From contig CT868032.1 of NCBI GenBank assembly GCA_000165425.1, positions 186,001 to 222,579 on the forward strand: 36,579 bases of DNA. The letters run 5' to 3'. Both the position numbers and the translations under genes were made by a program. This DNA is from Paramecium tetraurelia. Lineage: Eukaryota. This document shows, piece after piece, positions 23,986 through 36,579 of the stretch (positions are counted from its first letter, which is position 1; each line of letters opens with the position of its first letter). Under the pieces are notes generated by a model. The model was not told where the DNA came from and did not search any database. It saw nothing but the letters and a program-made list of their open reading frames with translations.

Positions 23986-24913
23986 ATGTCCAAACCTCTA
24001 ACTTAAACATTGATTGCTTAGAAAGCTAAGACAGAAGCTTTGTACAGCATCAAATCACTGAACTTATGGGGCAACGATCTTGACGACATCTCCATTATTG
24101 AAAGACTCCCTAATCTTGAAGTTCTTTCCTTGTCCGTGAATAGGATTACTACTCTTGCTGATATCGCAAAATGCAAGAATATAAAAGAACTCTACTTGAG
24201 AAAGAACAATATTTCAAGTATTACAGAATTGCAATTCCTATAACATTTACCGAAATTGAAAGTTTTATGGCTTCAAGGTATAATTTAATTAAATAATAGA
24301 AAATCCAATTGCTGATCATCCAAATTATAGAGATGCTGTAATTTGCAATTCTTAAACACTTGAAAAATTGGATGATGTTGTTATTAGTCAACAAGACAGA
24401 GCAAATGCTTAGTAATAATTGTAATATGGAATTTCGTAAAGCCCACCAACAAAGATTCAAAAAGTAGAGGAGGAAATGCCACAATATGTTGAAGTTATTA
24501 AACCAAATCAATACTCTCCAAATAATGGCGGAGGGAGATATTCAAATTAACGAGAATAATAATCAAATCAATAACGACAATCATTATAGCAATCATATCA
24601 GTAGCCACAATAATAGTAACAGTTCTATCAATAACAATAATAGCAATTATAAAGAGAAAGAGAATAATAATATTTGCAACAATAATAATATCAATAATAA
24701 CTGTAGCAATAACAATAATCACAATTATTTCTATAACAATAATAATAACAATAACAAATATCAAGATAAGTCGTGAAATCAGATTATGCTGATGAAGAAA
24801 GAAATTCAAACATATTATGCGCCATCCTATCTCTTCTAAAAGAATTAGATAAAGCCACATTAGAAGCGGTCTAAAGAGAAGTATATGATAAATTATAATA
24901 ATATTAAGAGTGA
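23986..24913 (+). CDS. CFAP410: Cilia- and flagella-associated LRR protein 410 (C21orf2 homolog), 301 aa, one 22-nt intron
   Basis: LNLWGNDLDDISII..LPNLEVLSLSVNRI..LYLRKNNI..LKVLWLQENP N-terminal LRR, Gln-rich linker, and the C-terminal NILCAILSLLKELD..LEAVQ motif typical of CFAP410. Confidence 0.88.
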
Positions 24914-25114
24914 TTAAGAAAATTTTTTAAATTATACTTTTTTAATATGATATGATTAACTTCCCTTCTACAAAATTTATGAATTTGATTAATTTTTAAT
25001 AGAATGGTTATGTGATTTTTGAGATTATTTGGATGAAAATTCTATTAAGTCAATATTATTAGACCTAAATATAACATAGACAAATTCTATTATCAAAGCA
25101 GGCTATTAATATTG

Positions 25115-28100
25115 ATGCAAGGTAATTTGATGATAATAATATAAAAAAAGATGTAAGAAGCATAAAATAATTCTTAAGATTATATCTATGAAGGATTGTA
25201 GAAGAGTATAATGGAAAAGGATTCAACTGAATCAGGTTCAGAAGTTGTTGATACATAAGGAGAATAAAGCAAACATAATGATTCAAGTGAAATGCAAGAT
25301 GATGAGTCTGATCCAATACATTAAGATCAGACGATAATGAGTGATTTATAATAAAATGTGAAAGTTGATGAATTTGATGACAATTATAAGAAATAGATGT
25401 AGGTGGATATAGAAACTTATTAAGAAATGAACTTTTAGAATAGAAAGAGTTTTGAAGTAATTAATTAGGAGTTATCAAATATTTGTAATAATTCTATTAG
25501 GTAATAAAATTATAAGACTAAAAACGAAAATAAACTAATAGAAAAAGAAGTATAGATAATAAATGATTATCAAATAAGTGAAAATATTGATAATGGGATG
25601 GAAGATAAATTAATGAGGTATAATGCTGAAAAAATCGAAGTATTAAGTAACGATCAAACCAACTAAATTATGAAAGAGGAAATGAATAATAAAGTATTGA
25701 CAAAATAGAATCAAGTACAAAATGTTGTAGAATAATTATAAAATTAGGAAAATGTTATTAATTTATATAAATAATTATTTGAAAACTATTAAGTAGAAGA
25801 GAAATCAGGATTATAGGTTGATATGAATAATGAAGTTAATAAACCAGAAGAATAAGCTTGTATGAATAATGAAGTTAATCAACCAGAAGAATAAGATGAT
25901 ATGAATAATGAAGTTAATCAACCAGAAGAATAAGATGATATGAATAATGATGTTAATCAACCAGAAGAATAAGCTTGTATGAATAATGAAGTTAATCAAC
26001 CAGAAGAATAAGCTTGTATGAACAATGAATATAATCAACCAGAAGAATAAGATGATATGAATAATGATGTTAATTAACCAGAAGAATAAGCTTGTATGAA
26101 TAATGAAGTTAATCAACCAGAAGAATAAGCTTGTATGAATAATGAAGTTAATCAACCAGAAGAATAAGATGATATGAATAATGATGTTAATCAACCAGAA
26201 GAATAAGCTTGTATGAATAATGAAGTTAATCAACCAGAAGAATAAGATGATATGAATAATGAAGTTAATCAACCAGAAGAATAAGATGATATGAATAATG
26301 AATTTAATCAACCAGAAGAATAAGCTTGTATGAACAATGAAGTTAATCAACCAGAAGAATAAGATGATATGAATAATGATGTTAATCAACCAGAAGAATA
26401 AGATGATATGAATAATGAAGTTAATCAACCAGAAGAATAAGCTTGTATGAACAATGAAGTTAATCAACCAGAAGAATAAGATGATATGAATAACGATGTT
26501 AATTAACCAGAAGAATAAGCTTGTATGAATAATGAAGTTAATCAACCAGAAGAATAAGATGATATGAATAATGAAGTTAATCAACCAGAAGAATAAGCTT
26601 GTATGAATAATGAAGTTAATCAACCAGAAGAATAAGCTTGTATGAATAATGAAGTTAATCAACCAGAAGAATAAGATGATATGAATAATGATGTTAATCA
26701 ACCAGAAGAATAAGCTTGTATGAATAATGAAGTTAATCAACCAGAAGAATAAGATGATATGAATAATGAAGTTAATCAACCAGAAGAATAAGATGATATG
26801 AATAATGAATTTAATCAACCAGAAGAATAAGCTTGTATGAACAATGAAGTTAATCAACCAGAAGAATAAGATGATATGAATAACGATGTTAATTAACCAG
26901 AAGAATAAGCTTGTATGAATAATGAAGTTAATCAACCAGAAGAATAAGCTTGTATGAATAATGAAGTTAATCAACCAGAAGAATAAGATGATATGAATAA
27001 TGAAGTTAATCAACCAGAAGAATAAGATGATATGAATAATGAATTTAATCAACCAGAAGAATAAGCTTGTATGAACAATGAAGTTAATCAACCAGAAGAA
27101 TAAGATGATATGAATAATGATGTTAATCAACCAGAAGAATAAGATGATATGAATAATGAAGTTAATCAACCAGAAGAATAAGCTTGTATGAACAATGAAG
27201 TTAATCAACCAGAAGAATAAGCTTGTATGAATAATGAAGTTAATCAACCAGAAGAATAAGCTTGTATGAATAATGAAGTTAATCAACCAGAAGAATAAGC
27301 TTGTATGAATAATGAAGTTAATCAACCAGAAGAATACGATGATATGAATAATGAAGTTAATCAACCAGAAGAATAAGATGATATGAATAATGAAGTTAAT
27401 CAACCAGAAGAATAAGATGATATGAATAACGATGTTAATTAACCAGAAGAATAAGCTTGTATGAATAATGAAGTTAATCAACCAGAAGAATAAGCTTGTA
27501 TGAATAATGAAGTTAATCAACCAGAAGAATAAGCTTGTATGAATAATGAAGTTAATCAACCAGAAGAATACGATGATATGAATAATGAAGTTAATCAACC
27601 AGAAGAATAAGATGATATGAATAACGATGTTAATTAACCAGAAGAATAAGCTTGTATGAATAATGAAGTTAATCAACCAGAAGAATAAGATGATATGAAT
27701 AACGATGTTAATTAACCAGAAGAATAAGCTTGTATGAATAATGAAGTTAATCAACCAGAAGAATAAGCTTGTATGAATAATGAAGTTAATCAACCAGAAG
27801 AATAAGATGATATGAATAATGATGTTAATCAACCAGAAGAATAAGCTTGTATGAATAATGAAGTTAATCAACCAGAAGAATAAGATGATATGAATAATGA
27901 AGTTAATCAACCAGAAGAATAAGATGATATGAATAATGAATTTAATCAACCAGAAGAATAAGCTTGTATGAACAATGAAGTTAATCAACCAGAAGAATAA
28001 GATGATATGAATAACGATGTTAATTAACCAGAAGAATAAGCTTGTATGAATAATGAAGTTAATCAACCAGAAGAATAAGATGATATGAATAACGATGTTA

Positions 28101-29161
28101 ATTAACCAGAAGAATAAGCTTGTATGAATAATGAAGTTAATCAACCAGAAGAATAAGATGATATGAATAATGAAGTTAATCAACCAGAAGAATAAGATGA
28201 TATGAATAATGAAGTTAATCAACCAGAAGAATAAGATGATATGAAATAAGAAGTTTTATAATCAGATCCTATGTTTGAATAAACATAATAGGATATTTAA
28301 TTAAACCAAATGATTGAAATGAAAAACAAAAATGAATCACCAGAAAACTAGGTTAAATAAAAAACTTAAGAAGAATAGGATGAATAGAGTAATGTTAATT
28401 CGTAATATGTCTATTTTGCTTAAGAAAATGATTCTTAAAATATTGAAATAGAATAATCTCAATAATTGTTTGTATCCAATCAAAAATAAAACAATACATG
28501 CCATTACTTTAATAGTTTGCAAGCCAAATATCTAAAAACAAAAAACGAAATTTCTCATTAGTTCAATTATCTTAAAAGGATATTAAACCCATTCTTCATT
28601 ATTTATTTAGTTTTATCCTTTTTTTATACTATATTATCGACTTTGAAGATAAAGGCTACAACAAAAATAGTATCCTCGTATTAATATATTAAGAACTTTT
28701 TCATAATTAAGTTTTAAAAAATGTGTGAATTTACCTGCTTTTGTCATAATTAAATTTTCGATCTGCATCAAAGAGGAAAAATTAAAACAATAATCCAATA
28801 AATAGAACCTTAATAATACTAAATTACTCTAAGAATAAGGATTATTTAGGAAGTTGGTTTTCAGAAATATGTTATTTTAACTTTGAAAAGTATTGCTACT
28901 TTTATTTAACAAATGTATTGCTACTTTATTTAACAAATGTATTGCTTCTTTAAGAACGGCAATTTAGGCTACTTATAATTTCTTCATAACTATTCTTAAG
29001 ATTTTTTTCAATAGAGTTTTATATATTCCATTTATTACCTTGCGCATGCTTTGTTACTTCATTGTAATACAAGTAATAAGTTGCTCCCTTGTTATTAGGA
29101 TATTCATAAGAATTATGAAATTCTTTTGGCATCTAAAAAAACTACTTGTACAAACTGCTGA
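25115..29161 (+). CDS. Acidic repeat protein with 62 copies of MNNEVNQPEEQ(AC/DD) and a hydrophobic segment; start and 3' end uncertain, may be fused to the downstream GTPase
   Basis: Frame open in ciliate code from just after TGA 25034-25036 to TGA 29159-29161; candidate ATGs at 25115, 25130, 25151, 25211. Hydrophobic ILNPFFIIYLVLSFFYTIL at ~28580-28637. Confidence 0.65.
25823..28240 (+). repeat. Coding minisatellite, 62 x 39 bp
   Basis: Unit ATGAATAATGAAGTTAATCAACCAGAAGAATAA(GCTTGT/GATGAT); 2418 bp = 62 x 39 exactly. Confidence 0.97.
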
Positions 29162-29786
29162 ACCTGTACAACCTGCAGAACCTGTGCAACCACCCCAACC
29201 TGCTCAACCTAAAGAATACCCTATTGCCTTAATAATTGGAGAAGCTGGGGTTGGTAAAACAAAATTCTATAATAAAATAAATGATACGGAAGCCTTGTAA
29301 TATGAAATTGTAGATACAATCTCATTTGATTTTAAGAATGATATTGAATACAGGGAGTAGCAAATATCAGAATTTTAAAGTATATTTGATAGCAAACCAA
29401 ATAAAGTGGCTACATTATTCTTTGTTGTAAAGTTTGAAAGAACTGATTTAATGAAAAGGTCTATACTGAATATTTATCCCTACTTTAAGAAGTTTTAGAG
29501 TTAAATAACCCTTGTGGTTACTCATTTTGATTTAAGTGATGACTAGGAATAAGATAAAATCGATTTATAAAGAGCATTCAAAATGTTTAAAGCAAAGTCA
29601 ATTCTATTTGTTGATCAAGAGGCAACTAAAGAAGAATTAATTGATCAAATAAGGGCTTCAGATTGTTTAATTCCTATTGAAGAAGGCTATTAATTTGATT
29701 TAACTGATACGATATTTGAAAAGCATAATGAGTAAGAAGGATAGGAAATGATGAATGCTTTATAACAGATGACTGTAAGATCGTGA
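29046..29786 (+). CDS. AIG1/GIMAP-like P-loop GTPase domain after a PVQPAE linker (5' end uncertain)
   Basis: IALIIGEAGVGKT (G1), IVDTISFD (G3-like), LVVTHFD (G4-like), FFVVKFERTD; TGA 29784-29786. Confidence 0.7.
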
Positions 29787-30448
29787 GTTTATTATTGATT
29801 TGTGCTTATAAATTATTATGTTATATTAAATAATTTCTTTTTGTTTAATTTTTAAAGCAAGGATCTCTTAATAATTGAATCTAATTGTTATTTAGTAATT
29901 TACTGAACTCTATAGGCTTTTTAATTAAAAAATTGAAGTAGCGTGTAAATGCTATCTAATTGAGAGTAATCCAATAATTGTTATAAATGGGAAAAAATTT
30001 TTTTTAAAGAACAGAATTTATACCAGGAATGCATACAAATATTTAGATCTTTTTGAATTGAGAAAACGAATTATTAAATCCCTATCTTAGTCGATGAACT
30101 ATTTCCTCTAAATAATGATGAATTACAAGTAATTATTTTCAAAAACAAACAAAGAGATGTTAAATCTTAAAAGTTTATTATTAAAAAAATTAAATAAAAA
30201 TTATTAAAATAGAATTTGAATCTATATTGCGAGTTCATAATGCAATATGAATAACAATATTAAAATGTTATGAAAAACGCTACTACAATAAGAGCAGACA
30301 TGTATTTAATTATGAACATTCAAATACAATATTTTTCTACCTCAAAAAGTTTATTACCTTTATCATTATATAATTCTAATTCTATTAGACTTAAATATAT
30401 TATGGGTTCTATTACTTTTTGGATTAGATTAAATAAGTTATCTAAAGG

Positions 30449-31447
30449 ATGAGGAAGTTAAAGGTGCAAAATTGGATTGGATATGAAGTATTTTAAAGTA
30501 AGAAGCCTTCTTGGGATATCATGGGGACTCAATCTAATCAATATTCGAATTTCAGATCAAACGTATCAACCTGCGCAACAAATATAAGCAGCGCTTTTAA
30601 TTATTCTTCAACATTTAGTTTGGAGAATAAATTTGGTTCTATTTCACCCAATGCACTTAGTATCAAAAAAACTTAAGAACCAAAAGAATTATGTATCACT
30701 CGGAATTATGAATTAACATCTCAATTAACTCCCTCGATACCTCCATAAGATACGCCATCAATGCCACCTTCGATAACAATTCCCAATGAATCTGTTTCTA
30801 GTTCAAGTGAAACATCAATGATTAGTTCTGAGAGTTTGTGCGAGGAGAAAATTCCATTGGCTCTAATAATCGGTTAGGTAGATAATGGGAAAACATTTAT
30901 AATGAGAAAGATTTTTGATGAGGATACCAAAATAGAACTGTTTTAGCCTATATTATAAAAATAATTGAAATATTACTTTGTTGATACTTCGTCCTTTGAT
31001 ATTGATTCAGATTATGATTCAAGAGAAGAGCAGATTAATAATTACAAAGAATTGTTCAATAAATACCCGAATAGAGTGAGATCAATTTTGATAGCTGTTA
31101 ATTTTGAGAGAACGGATTTAATGAAGAAAAAAGTCTAAAATATTAATAAACTATTTCAAAAATTCAAGAACTTGTATACCATAATAGTGACTAAGTTTCA
31201 TTTCAGCGAAAACGTTGAAAGAGATAAGGAATAACTAAAGAGAAGTTTTTAGTATTTGAATGCATAAGACATCATCTTTGTTGGTAATGATACAAAAAAA
31301 GAGCAATTATTGAGAGATTTAAAATAAAATAGTTTGTAGGCTTTAGAGGATGGTTATGAATTTAATTTAGCTGACACTTTTTTATAGGAGGAAGATGAGA
31401 ATGAATAGAATTAAATATTAAATGACTTAAAAAATAGATTTAATTGA
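30449..31447 (+). CDS. Second AIG1/GIMAP-like GTPase paralog after an S/P-rich linker (N-terminus probably extends upstream through a disrupted region)
   Basis: LALIIGQVDNGKT, FVDTSSFD, VNFERTDLMK, IIVTKFH, GYEFNLADT, colinear with the 29046-29786 domain. Frame open from 30251; TGA 31445-31447. Confidence 0.7.
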
Positions 31448-31679
31448 TCTCTGTTATAAATATCATTTTTTTTGGCAGTATATTTATTATTGTAAAATTA
31501 ATAAAAGTATTAATTGGACAATTTTACCAGATCATTAATATATATGAATTATTAACATTTTGGGACAACATTCCCAGAATCTATGAATTTGGTTAAATTT
31601 GAATTCATGTAGAAAATAATCTGGCTTCACAAAACTACAGAATAATATAATATTGATAAATGCGATTTTATAATTTGTA

Positions 31680-34600
31680 TCATTTAGAAGCAAACAAAAA
31701 CTTCTATTGATTGATTGTGCTCTCCAAGATTGTATTTTCTTTAACAGGGAACATCAGATCAAACATTCCTGTTCCTTGAGGCACATTCTATCCAATGATT
31801 ACTCGTTGAGATGCACCATTCATCGAATCTTACTTCCCTTGGATGGCAGCATTAAAAAAGACGTCCATTGTTTTTTCAAAGGAAGCAAGCATCAAGGCTG
31901 AATTCTTTAGTTAATCTATTCCTTGTCTGGTGAACCCAAGGATTCTTCCTTAATTGAGTAAAAATTGAATAAATACCTTTGAATGTCATCAATTCTGCTA
32001 ACAATAGGATGTGTCTTATATCAATGGAAATGCTGTGACTTTACATGGTAGTGTACACTTCATTGACAATACTCTATCTGGCAGCTTCAATTCCAAGAGC
32101 ACTTTGAATTTCCATGATGTGATTACTGACTGTTCGTTTCCAATCAATGTTGTCCAATCGTAGAATTTCTTTGAATCCAATACCAGATGCAAACAACCTG
32201 GCTTCTCCCTTGACATTCTCCTTATCATCCTTATCTGTAACCTAGATAACAGTTTACTTGATATTTGCACAACCATAAATGTGCAACCTCAATAGTTTTC
32301 GTTATAGCTCTTTGATCAAAAACAGCAGGTTTTCTGATTGTTTCTTCTTAGAACTCTTTTTAACTGTAATTCTAATAATTTTGAGATCATATTTGACATC
32401 ATCAGGTGACAATTTCAACTCTTTTAAAATCAGAGCACACACGTATTTGGGAGTCACAAATTCTAGTTTCAATCTAGCTAGACAATGACAATCTAATTCT
32501 AATTCTATATAGCAATTATCTGCTGTGTAGATTTCATCCATCTTCTTCAGTATTTACATCAATTTGGTTTACTCTATTTGTATGTTGACATCTTAGGCTT
32601 ACTAAGCAGAATGGATGACTGCACGATGAGCATACTCATATTGAGGATCCCCAGACTTGGCGAACTACTTGGCATGATCCATGACCTGGCGATTGATCAA
32701 TTTCACATTAATTTAGGGTGTTTTGATTTCCTTACTTGCATTGATGATTTCATTTAGACGAGGAACACCCTAAGTGATGGACATTCCTGCAACACCAGCA
32801 GAGTGGAAAGTCTTCAAAGTCATTTGAGTAGCAGGTTCACCAATGGATTGAGATGTGATGGGTCCCACACTAGTACCAGGTGCCATAACCATGGTTAAGA
32901 ATCTTTCCATCCAACTTCTGATGAACCATTACAATTATTTTTCAGAAACCTATTGGTTGGTACTCTTAAACAATGCCTAGACTCTCTTCTTCTCTTTCTC
33001 GTAAGTGGCTTCATAGTTTTCCAAGAATTTCTTGTGTCTCTCCTCAATTATCATAAATAGTTCATCCAATTTGATCAGCATGTGTTCTTTATTCAACAAT
33101 ATTTGATTCTTCCTGAGGACAGTAAATGAATTAGTCAAAAGGTTCTATAGCTTGATAACCTCATTTGCATCTTCTACTGCCAGAGGATCCAATCCATCTT
33201 CTCCATACCTAAATTGAACTATCTCTTTGGTGTCACAAGATCGAACTGTAAGATCATAAGCAATATGTAAATCTTCAAGCATCTTAACCAGCCTACGTTG
33301 CATATATCCAGTAGTGGCTGTCTTGACTGCGGTATCTGTCAACCCTTCTCTTCCAGCCATATTATGGAAATAGAACTCAATTGCATCCATTCCCGTATAA
33401 AAACTATTCTTGACAAACCCTTTGGCTTTCGGGTGCAAGATGTCTAAATTGGGATAGCGATCGCCACAATCTTTGAAGTGTGGGAGTGTCCTTCCTGTGA
33501 ATCCTTCTGGGACTCTCTTTCCTGATATGACTTATTGTCCAACACAACCAATCATCTGGGCCACATTGACATTACTACCCTTGGCACCACACAGATACAT
33601 AATCAACACCTTATTATCACTCTTCAATTACTCCTGGCACTTTGAACCCACTTACTCTCTCACATCTGATAGAGTCTTATTCACCTTAGCTTCCAAGGTC
33701 TACTCAACTGTCAACCCAGGATCAGCATCAATTAGACTTCGTTAATAGTGTTTGCATTGCAAGTAACTCTATTCAGTGCTCTAATGGATCTATTCAATTA
33801 AAGATTTGGGTGCCATCACATCACCAATTCCAATAGTCATTCCATAATGCGATATCCATCTGGAAGACAATTTTGCGAATCTCTGCATTACTGATGCTGC
33901 TATCTAAGTAGAATTATCTCTTATGAGTGCGTAGAACAACCCTAATTTCGATGCTCCCAGCACTTTCTTACCTATATTTCCACAAACCAATTCGCATTTA
34001 TCAAATACGACATAGCCATCACCAGGGTCCATCCACAAATAGTCCAACTTTCCTTTAAATGCGTTACTTTCTTTTGCTTCTAAATTCAACACTAGTCTAG
34101 TCTTTCTGTTAGGTACAAGTAATGCATTGATTACTTATTTTCCTGTCCATAATTATTTTGGTTTTAGTATCGTTGGGGCTGGCAAATCTATTTGTTCATT
34201 GGAATCAGAGAAGGCCGCACAAAATTACATAAATTATTCTCTGGAATAAAAGACATCCTTATTTGTTATCAACCAGGCAGTGGTAAGAAAATCTTACAGT
34301 AAACAAACGAGCGATTCACCACTTTTAATAGTTTTGAGATTCTTCTTGACATCCATCAAAATTAATGCTTCTGATCTTGCTTCGTAGGTTTATGGTAAAT
34401 GTATGTTCATTTCGTCTCCGTCAAAATCAGCATTGAATGGAGTACACACACATTCATTGAATCGAAGAGTGTGCCACTTATCCACCCTAGCTCTGAAGGC
34501 CATCATAGAAATTCTATGCAATGACGGCTAACGATTAAAAATGACAATGTCCTCTGATAACAAGTGTCTATCCACCACATCTCCAATCTTTAACTTATAG

Positions 34601-35869
34601 GCTAAATGCGCCCTTCTTGCAAATTACAAATTGTAATTGACTCCTCCCAATTTAACGAATTTGGCTCCTGGATAGATGGAGGGTCCATTTTATACGTAGT
34701 CTCTCATCTTCTTAATATTCAAGGCGGTGACAGTTTCAGGTACTGTCAAGATGCACGCAATATGCTATGGAATGGTGACCTAATCAATAGCCAAATTAGG
34801 ATCTGGAGAGATGACTGAACGTGCAGTGAATTCTGCTCTCTTACCGGATAGATTACCCCTTAGTCTTCCTCTCTTACCCTTGAGTCTCTGATAGATGCCA
34901 CGTATGTCCACCTTTCCATCTTTGCTTGAGAATTGGGGCAAACGAGGTGTCTCACTATTGAAGTAATGAAAATAATGTGCTTGAGTCAAGAATTACGTTT
35001 TGAGGATTGACATGCCATCCTTTCCCTCCTTTATCTACTTCTGCAACAGATCGTTGTGGTAGAGGATGGTTTTCAACTTCATCGTCAAATCGTCTTCGTC
35101 TGCCTTGGTGGTATTGCTTAGCATTTTGCTGGGTCTTATGTTGTTGGGTGGAGCGGGTATGATGGAAGTGAGGAGATCAGACAAATCGTTTAAGAAAGGG
35201 TTGATGCAAAACAGGAATTGATGTTGTTTAGGGATGTTGGAGAATTGATTCCAGGCATACAGTGCATTAATATCCATGGTGTCCAGGATGATCTTGCCTG
35301 CATCCCCCTTGGCTAGTTTTTTGGCTTCTCCGATCTGCTCACAATAGCAATGGGGACACTGTTTGTTTGATCTGCATTTTTTGAGGACCTTCTTGAATAC
35401 CTTCAACTGTGCATTGTAGGATCGTGTTTATATGCAATGTACCATCTTTTAGGTTAGTTGATTGATCTCGTCAGGGGTTAATCTTACTTGACCGCATTTC
35501 TAGGACTGTCAATATCAAATCATACATAACAGAGACACTTCAAGCACTTGACCACGTGAGTGAAAAAGCCGAGGTGATAGATTGGCAATTATAAGGGGAT
35601 GTATCCGAAATGTCCAGGACATTCATTCAATAGCGTGCAACTGCTGCATTGAGTGTCTCGTAAACTTTGACCCATACGCAAATCAAGTGGACCATGTTCA
35701 ATATTCTTCCCAGTCATTTTATCATAATTTTTGTCTCTAAAGATTTTGACTTCCGCCAAATTGATAGCATCTTGTGGGGACAATATTGAGTATTGCAATC
35801 CTCCTCTATATATATTGTGGATGATAGTGTTTACATCTTCCTCTTAATGTCATTTAATTTGATGTACAT
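31680..35869 (-). CDS. POLR3A: DNA-directed RNA polymerase III largest subunit (RPC1)
   Basis: [44 protein letters not shown] (catalytic motif in Pol III context), [36 protein letters not shown]; no heptad CTD. Short introns near 35820, 35515 and 31960. Confidence 0.93.
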
Positions 35870-35903
35870 CTTTGATGAAAGAATATATTAATATTAGTAA
35901 AAG

Positions 35904-36579
35904 ATGAATTCGGAATTGTAAATGAAGAGAGAACAGTTTATGGTTCAAATCAGAAAGCAGGCTCGCGAGGAGATTTTCTCTAAGAAAAGACAGACGAGCC
36001 TCGGGTAGGAGGGGGAAGTGGTGGAGCGGTGCAATCCCGACGAGATAATCAATTTCATATATCAGACTTATTTGGAGTAGGATTTCAAACATTTAGCTCG
36101 GTTGTTGAAACAATACAATTTGAATTACTTGAAATTGTTGGAGGAGTAGAACATTAATGATCTGCCCATTCTGAATCAATTCATCACTCACTTTAGCACC
36201 AATGGCAATAGTTTAAAATTATTCTTTGATATAATTCGAATGAGTGGCATTCCCTTAGAAATCAATCTGACATCGGATAGGTTGATGTGCATAATCCAAG
36301 TGTTGGTAATCTTGATCAATTTCACCTATTTGGAGAGGAAGGATATTGTGGAGAATCTCTTGCAAAACGATTTGATCACTCTCTTATTGAAGGATTTGAT
36401 GAGTAGAATGGTATCACCTGATAAAGTTCAGATTCACTTTGATAGATGGTGTGAGATTCTTGAGAGTGTAATCAATCTTTACTATGAATTTATCAGATTT
36501 GCCTAATTTTGATAAACGTCTAATTTGAATTGGATAATCGAAAACTATTGATTTTTAGAGAGGAAACTCTCAGATCTCA
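35904..36579 (+). CDS. Divergent importin-alpha-like protein (IBB-like N-terminus, ARM-like helices), truncated by window end
   Basis: MNSELQMKREQFMVQIRKQAREEIFSKKR resembles the IBB motif. Leu-rich helical continuation; a 29-nt intron at ~36468-36496 keeps the frame open to the edge. Confidence 0.6.

Noticed and set aside
24486..24860. Poly-Asn and poly-Ile ORFs from the track
   Set aside because: Alternative frames of the CAA/TAA/TAG Gln-rich linker of CFAP410.
25811..28222. 803-aa hydrophobic ORF on the minus strand
   Set aside because: Antisense shadow of the 39-bp array, confined to the repeat; the plus frame continues as protein-like sequence on both sides once TAA is read as Gln.
25823..28240. 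CRISPR-like array
   Set aside because: Units are contiguous with no unique spacers, in frame within a eukaryotic gene, and there are no cas genes.
32016..32488. Short ORFs overlapping RPC1
   Set aside because: Alternative-frame or antisense shadows of the polymerase coding sequence.

Overview
Very AT-rich eukaryotic DNA from a ciliate, almost certainly Paramecium. Long frames open only when TAA/TAG are read as Gln (TGA is the sole stop), and genes carry 20-29 nt GT..AG introns, so the supplied standard-code ORF track is fragmentary. The left ~13 kb is gene-poor and degenerate. It holds five alternately oriented paralogs (A-, B+, C-, D+, E-) of an uncharacterised ~390-aa protein with a signal peptide, conserved Cys residues and a GPI-like tail, plus a small SCP2 gene and decayed coding remnants. 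The paralogs are mosaics: near-identical tracts (193 bp A/B; ~200 and 703 bp C/D) flank a hypervariable Cys loop, and both 3' tracts start at the same GATACA boundary, suggesting a gene-conversion-driven variable surface-protein locus. The right ~23 kb is gene-dense: two MORN proteins, two tandem PP4 catalytic genes 10 bp apart (one with YRCG->YRVG in the toxin-binding loop), a coiled-coil protein, a TPR-like/non-RD kinase/pseudokinase protein, CFAP410, a protein with 62 x 39-bp repeats running into an AIG1/GIMAP-like GTPase with a tandem paralog, RPC1 (POLR3A), and an importin-alpha-like gene cut by the window end. All translations and alignments were done by eye.
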